Part shown: positions 62,230 to 64,000 of the stretch, in pieces | Layout of the letters: each line of letters begins with the position of its first letter | Position numbering within the stretch: position 1 is the first letter of the stretch | Virus record (IMG/VR): IMGVR_UViG_3300033068_001295 | Length of the DNA stretch: 64,000 nt | Direction: 5' to 3' (one strand) | Origin: an uncultured virus (IMG/VR IMGVR_UViG_3300033068_001295) | Lineage: Duplodnaviria; Heunggongvirae; Uroviricota; Caudoviricetes | Made by a program: the position numbers and the translations under genes | Notes under the pieces: generated by a model | The model's input: only the letters and a program-made list of their open reading frames with translations | Database searches by the model: none | Told to the model about the DNA's origin: nothing

Positions 62230-62430
62230 ATGGAACCACACCTATTTAAACAAGACGCTAAGTCTATTGTAGACACTATATTTGAAACTAAATGTTTTAG
62301 AGAGGACTTAACTAGAGATGATATAAATGCTGTTGAGGAATTAGTTCAGTTTATGCTATCTTCTCGTTTTGATTCTTTTCTTCAAGCTAGAAAATTATCC
62401 CAAAAGATTATTAAAAAAGAATTAAATTGA
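62230..62430 (+). CDS. Hypothetical protein
   Basis: ORF track. Confidence 0.55.
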   Translation: MEPHLFKQDAKSIVDTIFETKCFREDLTRDDINAVEELVQFMLSSRFDSFLQARKLSQKIIKKELN

Positions 62431-62595
62431 GAACGTATAAAGATTGTGATGGAAATATAAAACAAATAGACTTAGACTTTTTTATCAAGAAGTCTTTTGT
62501 AAATTCCGTTGAAGAATTTGACGACTACTTACAAACACTAGTACACAGAAGCTTAAGATTATCAGAAATAGAACAAATAATATACAAAAAATAAA

Positions 62596-62943
62596 ATGAA
62601 AGAAAAATCACCACTAGAAAACTTATTAAGAGGAATATTAAAGTTTGTAACAGATTTACAATATATCTTCCACAAAGACTTTATTAAAGAAAACTATTAT
62701 AAGCATTTTGGATATTCTTTACCACTTACTTTTGTTTGTATTTGCATAGGATTGTGGCTTTTTGATTTACAAGATACGGGAGCTTTACCTACAATTTTAG
62801 GGGGCTTCGGCGCATTTGCATTTAATGGTATCAGAGAATCGATTTTAGAAGAGGAATATGACGCACCATTTTCATGGACGGATATTAACATAGGTGGACG
62901 GGGTGGTACTCTAGGGGGATTTTTAGCATCTTTATTTTTTTAA
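62596..62943 (+). CDS. Membrane protein (YfiM/VanZ-like pattern)
   Basis: KHF...RE...PFSWTDI...GG.LGG. Confidence 0.6.
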   Translation: MKEKSPLENLLRGILKFVTDLQYIFHKDFIKENYYKHFGYSLPLTFVCICIGLWLFDLQDTGALPTILGGFGAFAFNGIRESILEEEYDAPFSWTDINIGGRGGTLGGFLASLFF

Positions 62944-62944
62944 T

Positions 62945-63340
62945 ATGCCACCAAAAAAAATAAAAAACCCAAAAGTACCGAGAACAAGAAATAACTTTAC
63001 ACTAACCGAATCTGCTTTTTGGGGATTTATTAGGTCTACATTAAGAAATGCATCAAGATGGTGGAAACCTATTACACAATGTAAATTAGAGTCAAGAAGA
63101 GTTTACAAGGGGGCTAAAAAACTACAAAAATGGGAGTACCAATGTAACCACTGTAAAGATTGGTTTATGGAAAAAGAAATACAAGTAGACCATATTGTTG
63201 ATGCAGGGACACTCACTTGTGGAGAAGATTTGAAAGGGTTTGTAGAAAGATTATTTTGCGAAGTGGGTGGATTTCAAACACTCTGTAAGCCTTGTCATCA
63301 AATAAAAACTAATAATACTCGTAATAAAAAAGAAAAATAA
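62945..63340 (+). CDS. HNH endonuclease
   Basis: CNHC...VDHI...LCKPCHQIKT. Confidence 0.85.
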   Translation: MPPKKIKNPKVPRTRNNFTLTESAFWGFIRSTLRNASRWWKPITQCKLESRRVYKGAKKLQKWEYQCNHCKDWFMEKEIQVDHIVDAGTLTCGEDLKGFVERLFCEVGGFQTLCKPCHQIKTNNTRNKKEK

Positions 63341-63365
63341 ATTTGCATATATCAAATTAATGTTG

Positions 63366-63373
63366 TATATTTG
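63366..63373 (+). promoter_or_regulatory. TATATTTG -7 element with TTTG upstream
   Basis: Consensus -7 element; tttg at 63342. Confidence 0.65.
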
Positions 63374-63397
63374 TAAAGAATTTAAGAAGAGAACCGT

Positions 63398-63537
63398 TAG
63401 ATGCACCTTAGCTGGTAGTAAATAGCAAACGTCATACTTCTTTATTGGCTAAAGCCGTTAATACCAATTAAAATAAGACGGAGAGTGTAGGCAAAGGCAA
63501 TTCCCTACGACAATATAGTACTTAACTGCCAAATCTA
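63398..63537 (+). ncRNA. Candidate structured leader or small RNA
   Basis: Nested stems closing a multibranch structure directly after a promoter. Confidence 0.4.
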
Positions 63538-63556
63538 TATTTTTAAATTTAAAACT

Positions 63557-63871
63557 ATGATTTACATTACATATCAAAATACGATGCCCTATGAACCAAC
63601 TTTTATTAGTAATGTTTGGCAAATAGATTGTGATGATGCCGAAGAAAGATGGAAAGAGTTTATGTTAGAAAAAGCAAATTCTATTGGTTTAATTATAAAC
63701 CCACATCACCTAAATGCAATGAGTTATGAAAAGTTTCACTCCGAAGAACCTTACTCAGAATATGCAAAAAAGTATAAATGGTGGAATAAAAGGCTAAAAG
63801 AAAACACCTTTGAAAATTATTTAGAAAATGTTTTAGGCGCAAAAAAAGTTGAATATAAAGAAATATACTAA
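63557..63871 (+). CDS. Hypothetical protein
   Basis: ORF track. Confidence 0.55.
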   Translation: MIYITYQNTMPYEPTFISNVWQIDCDDAEERWKEFMLEKANSIGLIINPHHLNAMSYEKFHSEEPYSEYAKKYKWWNKRLKENTFENYLENVLGAKKVEYKEIY

Positions 63872-64000
63872 TGACAGAACAAATTAAAGATTACTTACTA
63901 AAGTACAACATTAAGTCAGAAGAAGACTTAGCTAAACATATTGAAGAATTAAAAAGAAATACTGTTCCTAATAATGAATTAATCTTTCCTTTGGTTGAGG

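Noticed and set aside
63420..63520. gcaaac...gcaaag resembling a c-di-GMP-I riboswitch, or atatagt resembling a group I intron S element
   Set aside because: GNRA-capped stem and correct spacing are lacking; no P7 partner identified
1..64000. CRISPR array, tRNA genes or stop-codon reassignment
   Set aside because: No regularly spaced repeats or cloverleaf seen; long ORFs are intact in code 11 and TAG/TGA serve as stops

Overview
AT-rich (roughly 30% GC by eye) segment of a large Bacteroidota (Flavobacteriia-like) podophage genome with crAss-like gene order, read in standard code 11. The minus strand (1-52.8 kb) carries the virion module: terminase, GIY-YIG homing endonuclease, portal, scaffold-like protein, major capsid protein, head/ring proteins, lysis genes, fibres, tail tube and stabilisation proteins, a virion transglycosylase and giant ejection proteins. 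The plus strand (52.9-64 kb) carries an SF2 helicase, a catalytically intact solo TnpB, RecA/UvsX, HNH nucleases and small accessory ORFs. Host-type TAnnTTTG promoters occur on both strands. Unusual elements: (i) about 730 nt of ORF-free, heavily base-paired sequence at the strand switch, a candidate large structured ncRNA or ncRNA cluster, plus a second smaller candidate at 63.4 kb; (ii) an apparently exact 2814-bp tandem duplication with an 8-bp microhomology junction that makes an in-frame portal::homing-endonuclease chimera; (iii) an SGNH hydrolase gene split by a 95-bp copy of a nearby gene start plus a foreign holin/membrane cassette; (iv) repeated double-glycine motifs and terminal cysteines in virion cargo proteins; (v) several small genes broken by single-base homopolymer indels. 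All calls come from motif reading and synteny; no database search or folding program was run.
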